Shown in pieces: positions 8,400 to 15,827 of a stretch of 64,000 bases of DNA (the first letter of the stretch is position 1; every line of letters starts with the position of its first letter). Origin of the DNA: an uncultured Eubacteriales bacterium. Lineage in GTDB: Bacteria > Bacillota_I > Bacilli_A > RFN20 > CAG-288. The stretch is from assembly GCA_900316035.1 (NCBI GenBank), contig ONBI01000010.1, positions 9,683 to 73,682 of the forward strand. The letters are read 5' to 3'. Below the pieces are notes generated by a model, which was given only the letters and a program-made list of their open reading frames with translations, searched no databases and was not told where the DNA came from. Both the position numbers and the translations under genes were made by a program.

Positions 8400-9074
8400 A
8401 TGGAAAATTATCAGGCGTTCGTTTTCGATATGGATGGCACCATCGTCGATACCTTGAAAGATATGATCGATGCCGTCAATATCGGTTTAACGACCTATGG
8501 ATTAGAGCCTATCACTTACGAAGAAGGAAGAACCTTTGTCGGAAACGGGTCGGTCAAACTGATTCAGCGTTCGATGAAGGGTAAGAAAACAGAACTTTTC
8601 GATCAGGTCTTCTCCTGCTATTACGATTATTACCGCAGTCATGCAGCGGTGAAAACAAAACCGTTTCCTTATTTATTGGATGCTTTAGAAGCTGCTAAGA
8701 AAGCTTCTATCCTTCTATTCATCTACACGAACAAACCGGAAAAGATTGCGGAAGAAGTCAAAGACTGCTGTTTCCCTAAGGGAACCTTTGCCAAGATGGT
8801 CGGTATCCCGTTAGGCGGGAAGACAAAACCGGATCCGAAGGCTTTCTTCGATGCGACAAAGGAATATCATCTTGATTATTCCCGTGTCGCCTATTTCGGA
8901 GATTCTGTCACCGATATTCTCACCGCCCACAACTTAGGTACCCCGCATATGTTTTCCGTTCTCTGGGGTTACCAGAGCAAAGAGAAGATCCTTACTGCAC
9001 CTTATAAACCCGAAGCTTTCCTTACTTCTCCGAAAGAAATTCTTTCCTTGATTCCTCGCGTTTCCTTGAATTGA
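8400..9074 (+). CDS. HAD-superfamily hydrolase (phosphoglycolate phosphatase-like, subfamily IA)
   Basis: 224 aa. Motif I FVFDMDGTIVDT, motif II YTNK, motif IV YFGDSVTD. GGGAGG SD. Confidence 0.8.
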   Translation: MENYQAFVFDMDGTIVDTLKDMIDAVNIGLTTYGLEPITYEEGRTFVGNGSVKLIQRSMKGKKTELFDQVFSCYYDYYRSHAAVKTKPFPYLLDALEAAKKASILLFIYTNKPEKIAEEVKDCCFPKGTFAKMVGIPLGGKTKPDPKAFFDATKEYHLDYSRVAYFGDSVTDILTAHNLGTPHMFSVLWGYQSKEKILTAPYKPEAFLTSPKEILSLIPRVSLN

Positions 9075-9125
9075 CACCCCACTCTGCTTACAATAGTTGC
9101 AATTTATTTACGGAGGAAAAGAAAA

Positions 9126-9710
9126 ATGATCATCTTGACGGGACCGTCCGCTTCCGGTAAGACTGCTACTTGCTTTTATCTACAGGAGCACTATGGTATC
9201 AAGAAGGTCATCACCCATACCACCCGTCCGATGCGCGAAGGCGAAAGAGACGGAGTCGATTATCATTTCGTCACCAACGAAGAATTCGACCGCATGGTAA
9301 AAAATGGCGAGTTCATCGAACACGTCCGTTTCAACGGCAATCAATACGGAACCTCCAAGAAGGAAGTCCGCATCGATAAATGCATGGCGGTCGAGCTTCA
9401 GGGTGCTAAGACTTATAAGTCTTTCCATGATCCGAAAATCGTTCTCTTCTTCTTAGCTTTGGATCCCGAAACCTGCCGACAGAGAATGCTCTCCCGTGGA
9501 GATGACCCGAAGAAAGTCGAAAGCCGTATGCTCAACGACCGCGAAGCCTTCGTCATGACACCGGAGATGAAAGCGGCAATCGATGTCATGGTCGATACCA
9601 AGACCCACACTCTCCCTTCCGTTGCTGATTTCATCTATCACAAGTATCTTGAGATTCTCAAAGCGCGTGGCATTGATTACGAGAAGGAAATCGCTTCTCT
9701 CAAAGAGTAA
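9126..9710 (+). CDS. gmk: Guanylate kinase
   Basis: 194 aa. P-loop GPSASGKT, TTRPMREGERDGVDYHFV, FIEHVRFNGNQYGTSK. Confidence 0.9.
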   Translation: MIILTGPSASGKTATCFYLQEHYGIKKVITHTTRPMREGERDGVDYHFVTNEEFDRMVKNGEFIEHVRFNGNQYGTSKKEVRIDKCMAVELQGAKTYKSFHDPKIVLFFLALDPETCRQRMLSRGDDPKKVESRMLNDREAFVMTPEMKAAIDVMVDTKTHTLPSVADFIYHKYLEILKARGIDYEKEIASLKE

Positions 9711-9727
9711 AAAACTATAGGTAAAAC

Positions 9728-9776
9728 AAAAAGATGCTCCTTAGGATATTTCTTTATCCTGTGAGCATCTTTTTTG
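9728..9776. terminator. Bidirectional terminator between gmk and the convergent 5-FTHF cyclo-ligase gene
   Basis: AAAAAGATGCTC-loop-GAGCATCTTTTTT. Confidence 0.65.
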
Positions 9777-9788
9777 TTGCTATGGTGA

Positions 9789-10325
9789 TTAATAGGAGCG
9801 GATTTCGTCAAGAGCGACATCGTTTGGATCCTTTTCAAGGCTCTTGACTTCCTGGAAGGAATAGGCGACGCCGATGGTGTGGACGTAGTTACGGTCACGG
9901 AGGTAGTTGTTGTAGTAGTTCTTTCCGAAACCGAGACGGCACTTCCCACAGAAACCGATGAGCGGAACAAGCATCAGTCCCGGCTTATCGATGACTAAAC
10001 GCGGATCGTACTTCGGTTCGAGGATGTGGAAACGGTTGTTGCGGAAACCCGGATTGCCATCGATCTTACCGAAGACCATATCGCCGCTGGTGAGGACAAT
10101 CGGTACAGCGACCGTCTTGTTGTCCTGAAGAGCCTGGACGATGAGGTACTGGGTGTCGATTTCGTTTTTGGTCGGCATGTAGAGATAGAGAACAGAGGTA
10201 TTCCGGTAGAGCGGATCGGAAACGATGTCTTTGGTCATAGCCAAAGATTTCTCCCGGATGTAGTCGGGAGAGAGAGCGTTGCGTTGAGAAAGCAACGAGC
10301 TTCGAAGTTCACTATTACTAGGCAT
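9789..10325 (-). CDS. 5-formyltetrahydrofolate cyclo-ligase
   Basis: 178 aa. ELRSSLLSQRNALS start, NEIDTQYLI, HILEP, LMLVPLIGFCGKCRLGFGKNYYNNYL. This matches the MTHFS pattern (lvP..afd..g.RlG.G.GyYD). Confidence 0.8.
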   Translation of the reverse strand: MPSNSELRSSLLSQRNALSPDYIREKSLAMTKDIVSDPLYRNTSVLYLYMPTKNEIDTQYLIVQALQDNKTVAVPIVLTSGDMVFGKIDGNPGFRNNRFHILEPKYDPRLVIDKPGLMLVPLIGFCGKCRLGFGKNYYNNYLRDRNYVHTIGVAYSFQEVKSLEKDPNDVALDEIRSY

Positions 10326-10629
10326 GACTCCACTTTAAAGGGAGGGGTTAAAAAGTGCAACCCTCTGGAATCGCTTCCAAAGAGAGAAAGAAATTTTTCT
10401 CTCCTTTTTGTCTTAGACGATTCCTCCTCTCTATCAAAAAAGAGACAGATTTTCCACTTTTGTCCTGCCTAGCCCAGCTGTCAATGGGTTGTTTCTTTTT
10501 TTCGACTGCTTTTGAAAAACGAAGTCCGTTTTTCTCTTTTCCCATAAGTGAGCAGAAACTTCCTTGATGCCCTCTTCTCTTTCTTTTTCAAGTTGCTTAT
10601 TCCGGGGAGGGAGAAAAAGGTCTTCTTCC

Positions 10630-10635
10630 TATAAT
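10630..10635 (+). promoter_or_regulatory. -10 box (TATAAT) 9 nt upstream of the Y-family polymerase ATG, near-leaderless
   Basis: TATAATggaaccaccATG. No SD between the box and the ATG. Confidence 0.4.
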
Positions 10636-10644
10636 GGAACCACC

Positions 10645-11907
10645 ATGAAACGCATCGACCGGAATATCTTAGCTATCGATCTCAAATCCTTCTATGCCTC
10701 TGTCGAGTGCCTCGACCGTGATCTCGATCCCTTTACGACGCCTTTAGTTGTGGCTGATGAAAGCCGCGGAAACGGGACGATCGTCTTAGCGGCTTCTCCT
10801 TATATCAAGGCGAAGTACGGGGTCAAATCGCGTTGCCGTCTTTATGAAGTTCCGAAAGATATCCCTGGTCTTATCATCGCCCAGCCGAAGATGAAGCGGT
10901 ATTTAGAGAAAAGTGCCGAGATCAACGATATTTATCGCGAATATGTAAGTGAGGAGGATATGTTCATCTATTCCATCGATGAATCCTTTCTCGATGTCAC
11001 CAATTATCTCAAAATCCATAATGACACCCCGAAAAGCTATGCGCGGAAGATCATCGACGAAATTCGGGATAAAACCGGACTTACGGTCACTGCCGGAATC
11101 GGACTGAACCTCTTCATGGCCAAAGCCGCGATGGATATCGAAGCAAAACACAGGCCCGATTTCCTAGCCGAGTGGAACTATGAAAGTATTCCAACCCATC
11201 TTTGGCCTATCTCCCCTCTCAGCAAGATGTGGGGAATCGGTTCAAGGCTTGAAAAAAGGCTCAACGCCTTAGGTTTCTATACCATCGGCGATATCGCCTG
11301 CTCCGACCCGAATTATCTGAAAGAAAAATTTGGGTCGATCGGAGAGGAAATCTACTATCACACCTTAGGTTATGACGACGCCTTGCTTCAGGATGTCTAT
11401 GTCTCCGACAACCATTCCTTATCGGTAGGGCAGGTGCTTTTACGGGATTTCACTTTAGAGGAGATTCCGACACTGATCCGCGATATGGCGATTGAACTGA
11501 GCGATAGGATGTACGAAGAAAATGTCTTAGCCAATACTTTCTTCCTCTATGTCGGCTATAAGGACGGAAGCGGAGGTGTCAGCAAACGGATTCAGTTCTA
11601 TACGCCGACCGATGCAGCTACCAAGATCGGAAAAGAAGCCGTCCGTCTCTTCCTAGAAGAAAGGATTCCGGAAGATACGCTTTTCCGCCAGATTTTCTTA
11701 GTCGCCGGAGAAGTCAGAAGCAAAGAGATGTATCAGCCTTCGCTTTTTGAAGATTACGAAAGCGACTGTAAGTTACGCACCTTGGAAAAGACACTTGTTT
11801 CCATCCGCCGTAAATATGGGGCAAGACTGGCGATGCCCTGCTCCGCCTTAAGTCTATCGTCGACGTTCTTACAGAGAAGCCAGCAGATAGGAGGACATCA
11901 CGCATGA
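10645..11907 (+). CDS. Y-family DNA polymerase (DinB/UmuC/UvrX-like translesion polymerase)
   Basis: From MKRIDRNILAIDLKSFYASVEC; SIDESFLDVT; VTAGIGLNLFMAKAAMD. The 27 upstream codons in the track ORF (from TTG 10564) look non-coding. Confidence 0.85.
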   Translation: MKRIDRNILAIDLKSFYASVECLDRDLDPFTTPLVVADESRGNGTIVLAASPYIKAKYGVKSRCRLYEVPKDIPGLIIAQPKMKRYLEKSAEINDIYREYVSEEDMFIYSIDESFLDVTNYLKIHNDTPKSYARKIIDEIRDKTGLTVTAGIGLNLFMAKAAMDIEAKHRPDFLAEWNYESIPTHLWPISPLSKMWGIGSRLEKRLNALGFYTIGDIACSDPNYLKEKFGSIGEEIYYHTLGYDDALLQDVYVSDNHSLSVGQVLLRDFTLEEIPTLIRDMAIELSDRMYEENVLANTFFLYVGYKDGSGGVSKRIQFYTPTDAATKIGKEAVRLFLEERIPEDTLFRQIFLVAGEVRSKEMYQPSLFEDYESDCKLRTLEKTLVSIRRKYGARLAMPCSALSLSSTFLQRSQQIGGHHA

Positions 11908-12227
11908 GAGGGATGAAGAAATGGTTACCTTTTAAATCGTTATCCGGTCAATACGAAGTCCTGGCCGAGCACGAAAAAAGAAGGAAAAGAGTCGCAAAAC
12001 CGGAACTCTCTCCCGAAGAGCAGGAAGAGATCAATGAAGTGATCGTTTCTCTGAAGAGAGGAGATGTCGTCTTTGTTTCCTATTATCGCGAAGGGAACAT
12101 CTATCGGAAAGAACAGCGAACGTATCTCTCCTGCGATGAGGTTTCCCGCTCCCTTTCTTTCCGTGAAGGTGTAATTTCCTTTGCCTCCCTTCTGGCCTTA
12201 GAACCGAAAAATGATCTCCGTTATTAA
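11904..12227 (+). CDS. YolD-like protein (accessory gene usually found downstream of Bacillota Y-family polymerases)
   Basis: 107 aa. ATGA overlap with the polymerase stop and AGGAGG SD. Call rests on size, position and the KKWLPFKSL... motif, as for uvrX-yolD and yqjW-yqjX in B. subtilis. Confidence 0.55.
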   Translation: MRGMKKWLPFKSLSGQYEVLAEHEKRRKRVAKPELSPEEQEEINEVIVSLKRGDVVFVSYYREGNIYRKEQRTYLSCDEVSRSLSFREGVISFASLLALEPKNDLRY

Positions 12228-12323
12228 TTTGTGTTGGAAAAAAGTCGCCGAAAGGTGAATATCTATAGTGAGAGGAGTTGTTTAGCAAGTCTGAATCCAG
12301 GTATTTTTCTTCTTGTTTTTTCC

Positions 12324-12352
12324 TTTACTTGAAAAAGGAATTCAACTATACT
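12324..12352 (+). promoter_or_regulatory. Candidate sigma-A promoter of rpsF-ssb-rpsR
   Basis: TTTACT-17 nt-TATACT, ~90 nt upstream of rpsF. Confidence 0.55.
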
Positions 12353-12442
12353 ACCCCTAGGCCTTTTTCTGGAGGCCATATACTTTCTTGCCGGTTCCTG
12401 ATGTAGAATTCGGCCAGAAGACCATAGGGAGGTATAGGAAAC

Positions 12443-12736
12443 ATGAAGAATTACGATCTCATGTACATTCTCATGCCGGATCTTGATGATGCTGCTTTAG
12501 CCGCCGAAGGCGAAGCTCTTCAGAAGATTCTCACCGATAACGGTGCCAAAATCACTGGTGTCAACACCAATGACTGGGGAATGAGAGACCTGGCTTATCC
12601 GATCAAGAAGCAGACCAAGGGCTACTATGTAGTTGTCACTTTCTCTGCTGAGCCGGTTGCGGTCAAAGAATTCAACCGCATCGTCGCTCTCGATCCGAAA
12701 GTCCTGAGATTCCTGATCACAGTTGCTAACAACTAA
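12443..12736 (+). CDS. rpsF: 30S ribosomal protein S6
   Basis: 97 aa. MKNYDLMYIL...WGMRDLAYPIKK. rpsF-ssb-rpsR synteny. Confidence 0.95.
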   Translation: MKNYDLMYILMPDLDDAALAAEGEALQKILTDNGAKITGVNTNDWGMRDLAYPIKKQTKGYYVVVTFSAEPVAVKEFNRIVALDPKVLRFLITVANN

Positions 12737-12766
12737 TCGCTGCAACTGAAAGGAGAACGCAGAATT

Positions 12767-13210
12767 ATGGCTGGAATGAATCGTTGTGTCTTAGTCGGTC
12801 GCATCGTGAGAGATCCGGAGCTCAAGAGAACAAACTCGGGAGCTTCCGTCACTTCCTTCACGATCGCCATCGATAATCCGACCCGTCAAGGGGGAGAACG
12901 TACTACTTCCTTCATTCCGTGCACCTGCTGGAACAAGACAGCCGAAAACGTGAAGAAATACTGCACGAAAGGTTCTCTTGTCGGGGTGGATGGAAGACTG
13001 AATCAGAGAAGCTATGAAGATAAGACCGGAGCCAAGCGCTCTGTGATCGAAGTCATCGCCGAATCGGTTCAGTTCTTAGAGAAGAAGGGTGTGGAAAACG
13101 AAGACAGCAACACCGTTCCGAGCCAGAGCTCGAATAACGGCAACGAGAACGTCTCGTCCGGCGTCACCCACGAGGGTATCGACGCTTCCGATGACGATTT
13201 GCCGTTCTAG
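12767..13210 (+). CDS. ssb: Single-stranded DNA-binding protein
   Basis: 147 aa. MNRCVLVGRIVRDPELKRT OB fold. Acidic tail ending DDDLPF. Confidence 0.95.
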   Translation: MAGMNRCVLVGRIVRDPELKRTNSGASVTSFTIAIDNPTRQGGERTTSFIPCTCWNKTAENVKKYCTKGSLVGVDGRLNQRSYEDKTGAKRSVIEVIAESVQFLEKKGVENEDSNTVPSQSSNNGNENVSSGVTHEGIDASDDDLPF

Positions 13211-13244
13211 CCTAGTCTTCTAGGCGGAAAGGATAACTTGAACC

Positions 13245-13469
13245 ATGTTCCGCAGAATTAAACCGAGAAAAAAGGTTTGCTATTTCACTAAGAACCATAT
13301 CAAGTATATCGATTACAAGGATGTCGAACTCCTGAAGAAGTACATCTCTCCTTCGGGCAAGATCACTCCGCGCCGTATCACTGGCACGGCTTCCAAGTAT
13401 CAGAGAATGCTTGCGGTCGCTATCAAACGCGCCCGTTTCATGGCCCTCTTACCTTATGTCTCTGACTAA
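13245..13469 (+). CDS. rpsR: 30S ribosomal protein S18
   Basis: 74 aa. [36 protein letters not shown]. Confidence 0.95.
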   Translation: MFRRIKPRKKVCYFTKNHIKYIDYKDVELLKKYISPSGKITPRRITGTASKYQRMLAVAIKRARFMALLPYVSD

Positions 13470-13495
13470 GGTAGACTGAAGAAAACCTGGATTCT

Positions 13496-13528
13496 AAGCC
13501 TCAGGAAACATCACCTGAGGCTTTTTTC
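13496..13528 (+). terminator. Rho-independent terminator after rpsR
   Basis: AAGCCTCAGG-loop-CCTGAGGCTTTTTT. Confidence 0.75.
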
Positions 13529-13544
13529 TTGCCTGCTTTTCTTC

Positions 13545-13550
13545 TACAAT
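13545..13550 (+). promoter_or_regulatory. -10 box (TACAAT) 6 nt upstream of the TrmH-family gene ATG, candidate leaderless
   Basis: TACAATagtgccATG. No SD. The -35 is poor. Confidence 0.35.
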
Positions 13551-13556
13551 AGTGCC

Positions 13557-14270
13557 ATGATTCAAAAGTACAGCAAAAATCTCGATTATTCCTATACCGA
13601 AGGTTTCTTCCCGACGTTCGAACTTCTTCATCACCACAAAGAGAAAGCCCGCCTTTTCTATATCTCTTCCGATGCCTTAGAGAGCGACGGCTATAAAAAA
13701 CTCGCCGAAGAAGTCGGAAAAGACAAAGTCATCGTCTCCGACAAAGTCTTCTCCAAAGTCGGTTCCAAGGAAAACGCCCATGTCTTAGGCGTATTCGAAA
13801 AGTACTCTCTTCCCTTGAATCCAAAGGAAGACCATCTGGTGATGGTCAACCCTTCCGATATGGGAAACTTAGGAAATGCGATGCGCACCCTCCTCGCTTT
13901 CGGCTATCACGATCTTGCCTTGATCGAACCCTGTGCTGACCGTTTCAACCCGAAGACAATCCGTGCTTCGATGGGTGCATTCTTCTCTCTCCGCATCGAA
14001 TCCTTCCCCTCTTTTGAAGAGTACCAGAGAAAGTATCCCCGTCCTTTCTATCCTTTCGTTCTCGACACTTCCCGTCCGCTCCATGAAGTCAAGTTCCTCT
14101 CTCCCTGTTCCCTTGTCTTCGGAAACGAAGCGACCGGTTTGCCGCAGAGCATCCACAACGGAAACAATGTCCGCATCGAGCAGAGCGATGAAGTCGATTC
14201 TCTCAACCTCACGACTTCGATTGCGATTGCTTTCTATCAACTAAGCCAGCAAAGGAAGAAAAATCCGTAA
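13557..14270 (+). CDS. TrmH/SpoU-family RNA 2'-O-methyltransferase
   Basis: 237 aa. NPSDMGNLGNAMRTLLAFG, LVFGNEATGLP, SLNLTTSIAIAFYQL (SPOUT motifs). Confidence 0.8.
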   Translation: MIQKYSKNLDYSYTEGFFPTFELLHHHKEKARLFYISSDALESDGYKKLAEEVGKDKVIVSDKVFSKVGSKENAHVLGVFEKYSLPLNPKEDHLVMVNPSDMGNLGNAMRTLLAFGYHDLALIEPCADRFNPKTIRASMGAFFSLRIESFPSFEEYQRKYPRPFYPFVLDTSRPLHEVKFLSPCSLVFGNEATGLPQSIHNGNNVRIEQSDEVDSLNLTTSIAIAFYQLSQQRKKNP

Positions 14271-14284
14271 TTATCAGACCTAAG

Positions 14285-14320
14285 AAAGGCGTACCCCTTA
14301 TGCAGAGATACGCCTTTTTC
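14285..14320. terminator. Bidirectional terminator between the TrmH-family gene and convergent mgtE
   Basis: AAAGGCGTA-loop-TACGCCTTTTT. Touches the mgtE stop. Confidence 0.6.
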
Positions 14321-15816
14321 TATACGCCTTTCATGATCAGCAAGGAGAGAGCGAAGAAGAGATACATCGAGAGGATATCAAGGGTAGTAGAGATGAGAGG
14401 TTGCGACATGACCGCAGGATCAAGATGAACCATCTTCGCCAGAACCGGAAGGGTGATACCGAGAAGCTTTGCTAAGACGATGGTGAAGAAGAAGGTGATA
14501 CCGACCAAAGCCGCTACGGAGAGGAAGAAGAGATTGCGGTCGGAGGCATAGAAGTTAGCAAGGGTTGCATTGTCGGGTCCCGAGAGAGAAAGCAGACCGG
14601 AATAGAGTTCCATCAATATCCAACCGAAGGCGAAGACACCGAGGATAAGACCCGTCAGCATCGAAGCTCGGACTTCTTTCCACATGGCTTTGAAGTAATT
14701 CTTTTTCGTGATATTACCTAAGGCAAGTTCACGGATCGTGACGGTAACGGTCTGATCGGAAGCGTTGCCGTTAGTACCCATGATGGAAGGGAGAATCGCG
14801 ATCAGAAGCGGAAGCGGAGCTAAGGCATTCGAAACATTGTTCATGATCATCGAAGTAAGAGTATCTAAGAAGAGCAGAACAACAAGCCAGATACCGTAAT
14901 TCTTGACGAGCTTGAAAAGGTTTGTCTTGAGATAAGGTTCATCGGAAGGAATGACGGCGTTCGTGAGCTGACTATCCTCGTTGGCTTCGGCTTTGGCGAC
15001 ATCGTAGACATCATCGAAAGTGATGATGCCAAGCATTCGTTTCGAGCTGTTGGTGACAGGAATAACCGAGATATCGTATTTCCGGAAGGCTTTTAAGACT
15101 TCCTCCTGGTCGGTGTTGATAGTGACCGAGACAAAGTCCGAGGTCATGACCGACTTGAGGATATCGTCTTCATCGGCTTCCAGAAGCTTATCTAAAGTGA
15201 TTGTTCCGACTAGCCTTCTGGAATTATCGACGACGAAGATTTCCCAAATCGTCTCCATCTCCTGACCTAAAGAACGGATCTTGGAGATAGCATACTTGAC
15301 CGTATCTTCTTCCTTCACCTGAAGATATTCCGGCGTCATGATGGTGCCGGCACTATCGTCCTTGAAATGGAGATAGGTATAGATACGTTTTCTATCTTCT
15401 TCGGAAGTTGCTTTCAGGACCTTGGAGACAAGGTTAGCCGGTAATTCATCAACAAAGTCGACAAGATCATCCGTTGCCATGTTATCGACGATCGCATGTA
15501 AATCCGCACTGGAGAAAGCCTGAATGACTTTTTCCTTACTCTCCTGTTCTAAGTGAGTGAAGACTTCCGCGGAATCATCCGGATTGACGGCTTTGAAGAA
15601 GAAGAGAAGATCTTCTTCGGAGTCGATATTTTCCAAGGCTTTGGCGATATTGACCGGATCATAGGAAGAGACGGTATAGTTGAGAAGAGACGTGTTATGG
15701 GTTTCGATGATGGCTTTCAGAGAATCCGGACTTAAGGGATGGTTGACTTTGGCGCGGATCGAGCTATCGGCTTCGATCTCTTCCGGTTTCGCCATGGTTT
15801 TCTTTTCTTTATCCAT
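14320..15816 (-). CDS. mgtE: Magnesium transporter MgtE
   Basis: 498 aa. MgtE N-domain, CBS pair (AGTIMTPEYL..., VIPVTNSSKRMLGIITFDDV), TM domain with DPAVMSQPLISTTLDIL. AGGAGG SD 11 nt after the upstream paralog stop. Confidence 0.9.
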   Translation of the reverse strand: MDKEKKTMAKPEEIEADSSIRAKVNHPLSPDSLKAIIETHNTSLLNYTVSSYDPVNIAKALENIDSEEDLLFFFKAVNPDDSAEVFTHLEQESKEKVIQAFSSADLHAIVDNMATDDLVDFVDELPANLVSKVLKATSEEDRKRIYTYLHFKDDSAGTIMTPEYLQVKEEDTVKYAISKIRSLGQEMETIWEIFVVDNSRRLVGTITLDKLLEADEDDILKSVMTSDFVSVTINTDQEEVLKAFRKYDISVIPVTNSSKRMLGIITFDDVYDVAKAEANEDSQLTNAVIPSDEPYLKTNLFKLVKNYGIWLVVLLFLDTLTSMIMNNVSNALAPLPLLIAILPSIMGTNGNASDQTVTVTIRELALGNITKKNYFKAMWKEVRASMLTGLILGVFAFGWILMELYSGLLSLSGPDNATLANFYASDRNLFFLSVAALVGITFFFTIVLAKLLGITLPVLAKMVHLDPAVMSQPLISTTLDILSMYLFFALSLLIMKGV

Positions 15817-15827
15817 AGTCTAACCTC

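Noticed and set aside
10564-10644. 27-codon extension of the Y-family polymerase ORF (TTG start). I also rejected the track starts for potA (8044), argS (58756), ezrA (35121) and the cysteine desulfurase (36903).
   Set aside because: These extended starts either abut the SD with 0-3 nt spacing or add non-homologous residues. Downstream ATGs have proper SD spacing and give canonical N-termini.
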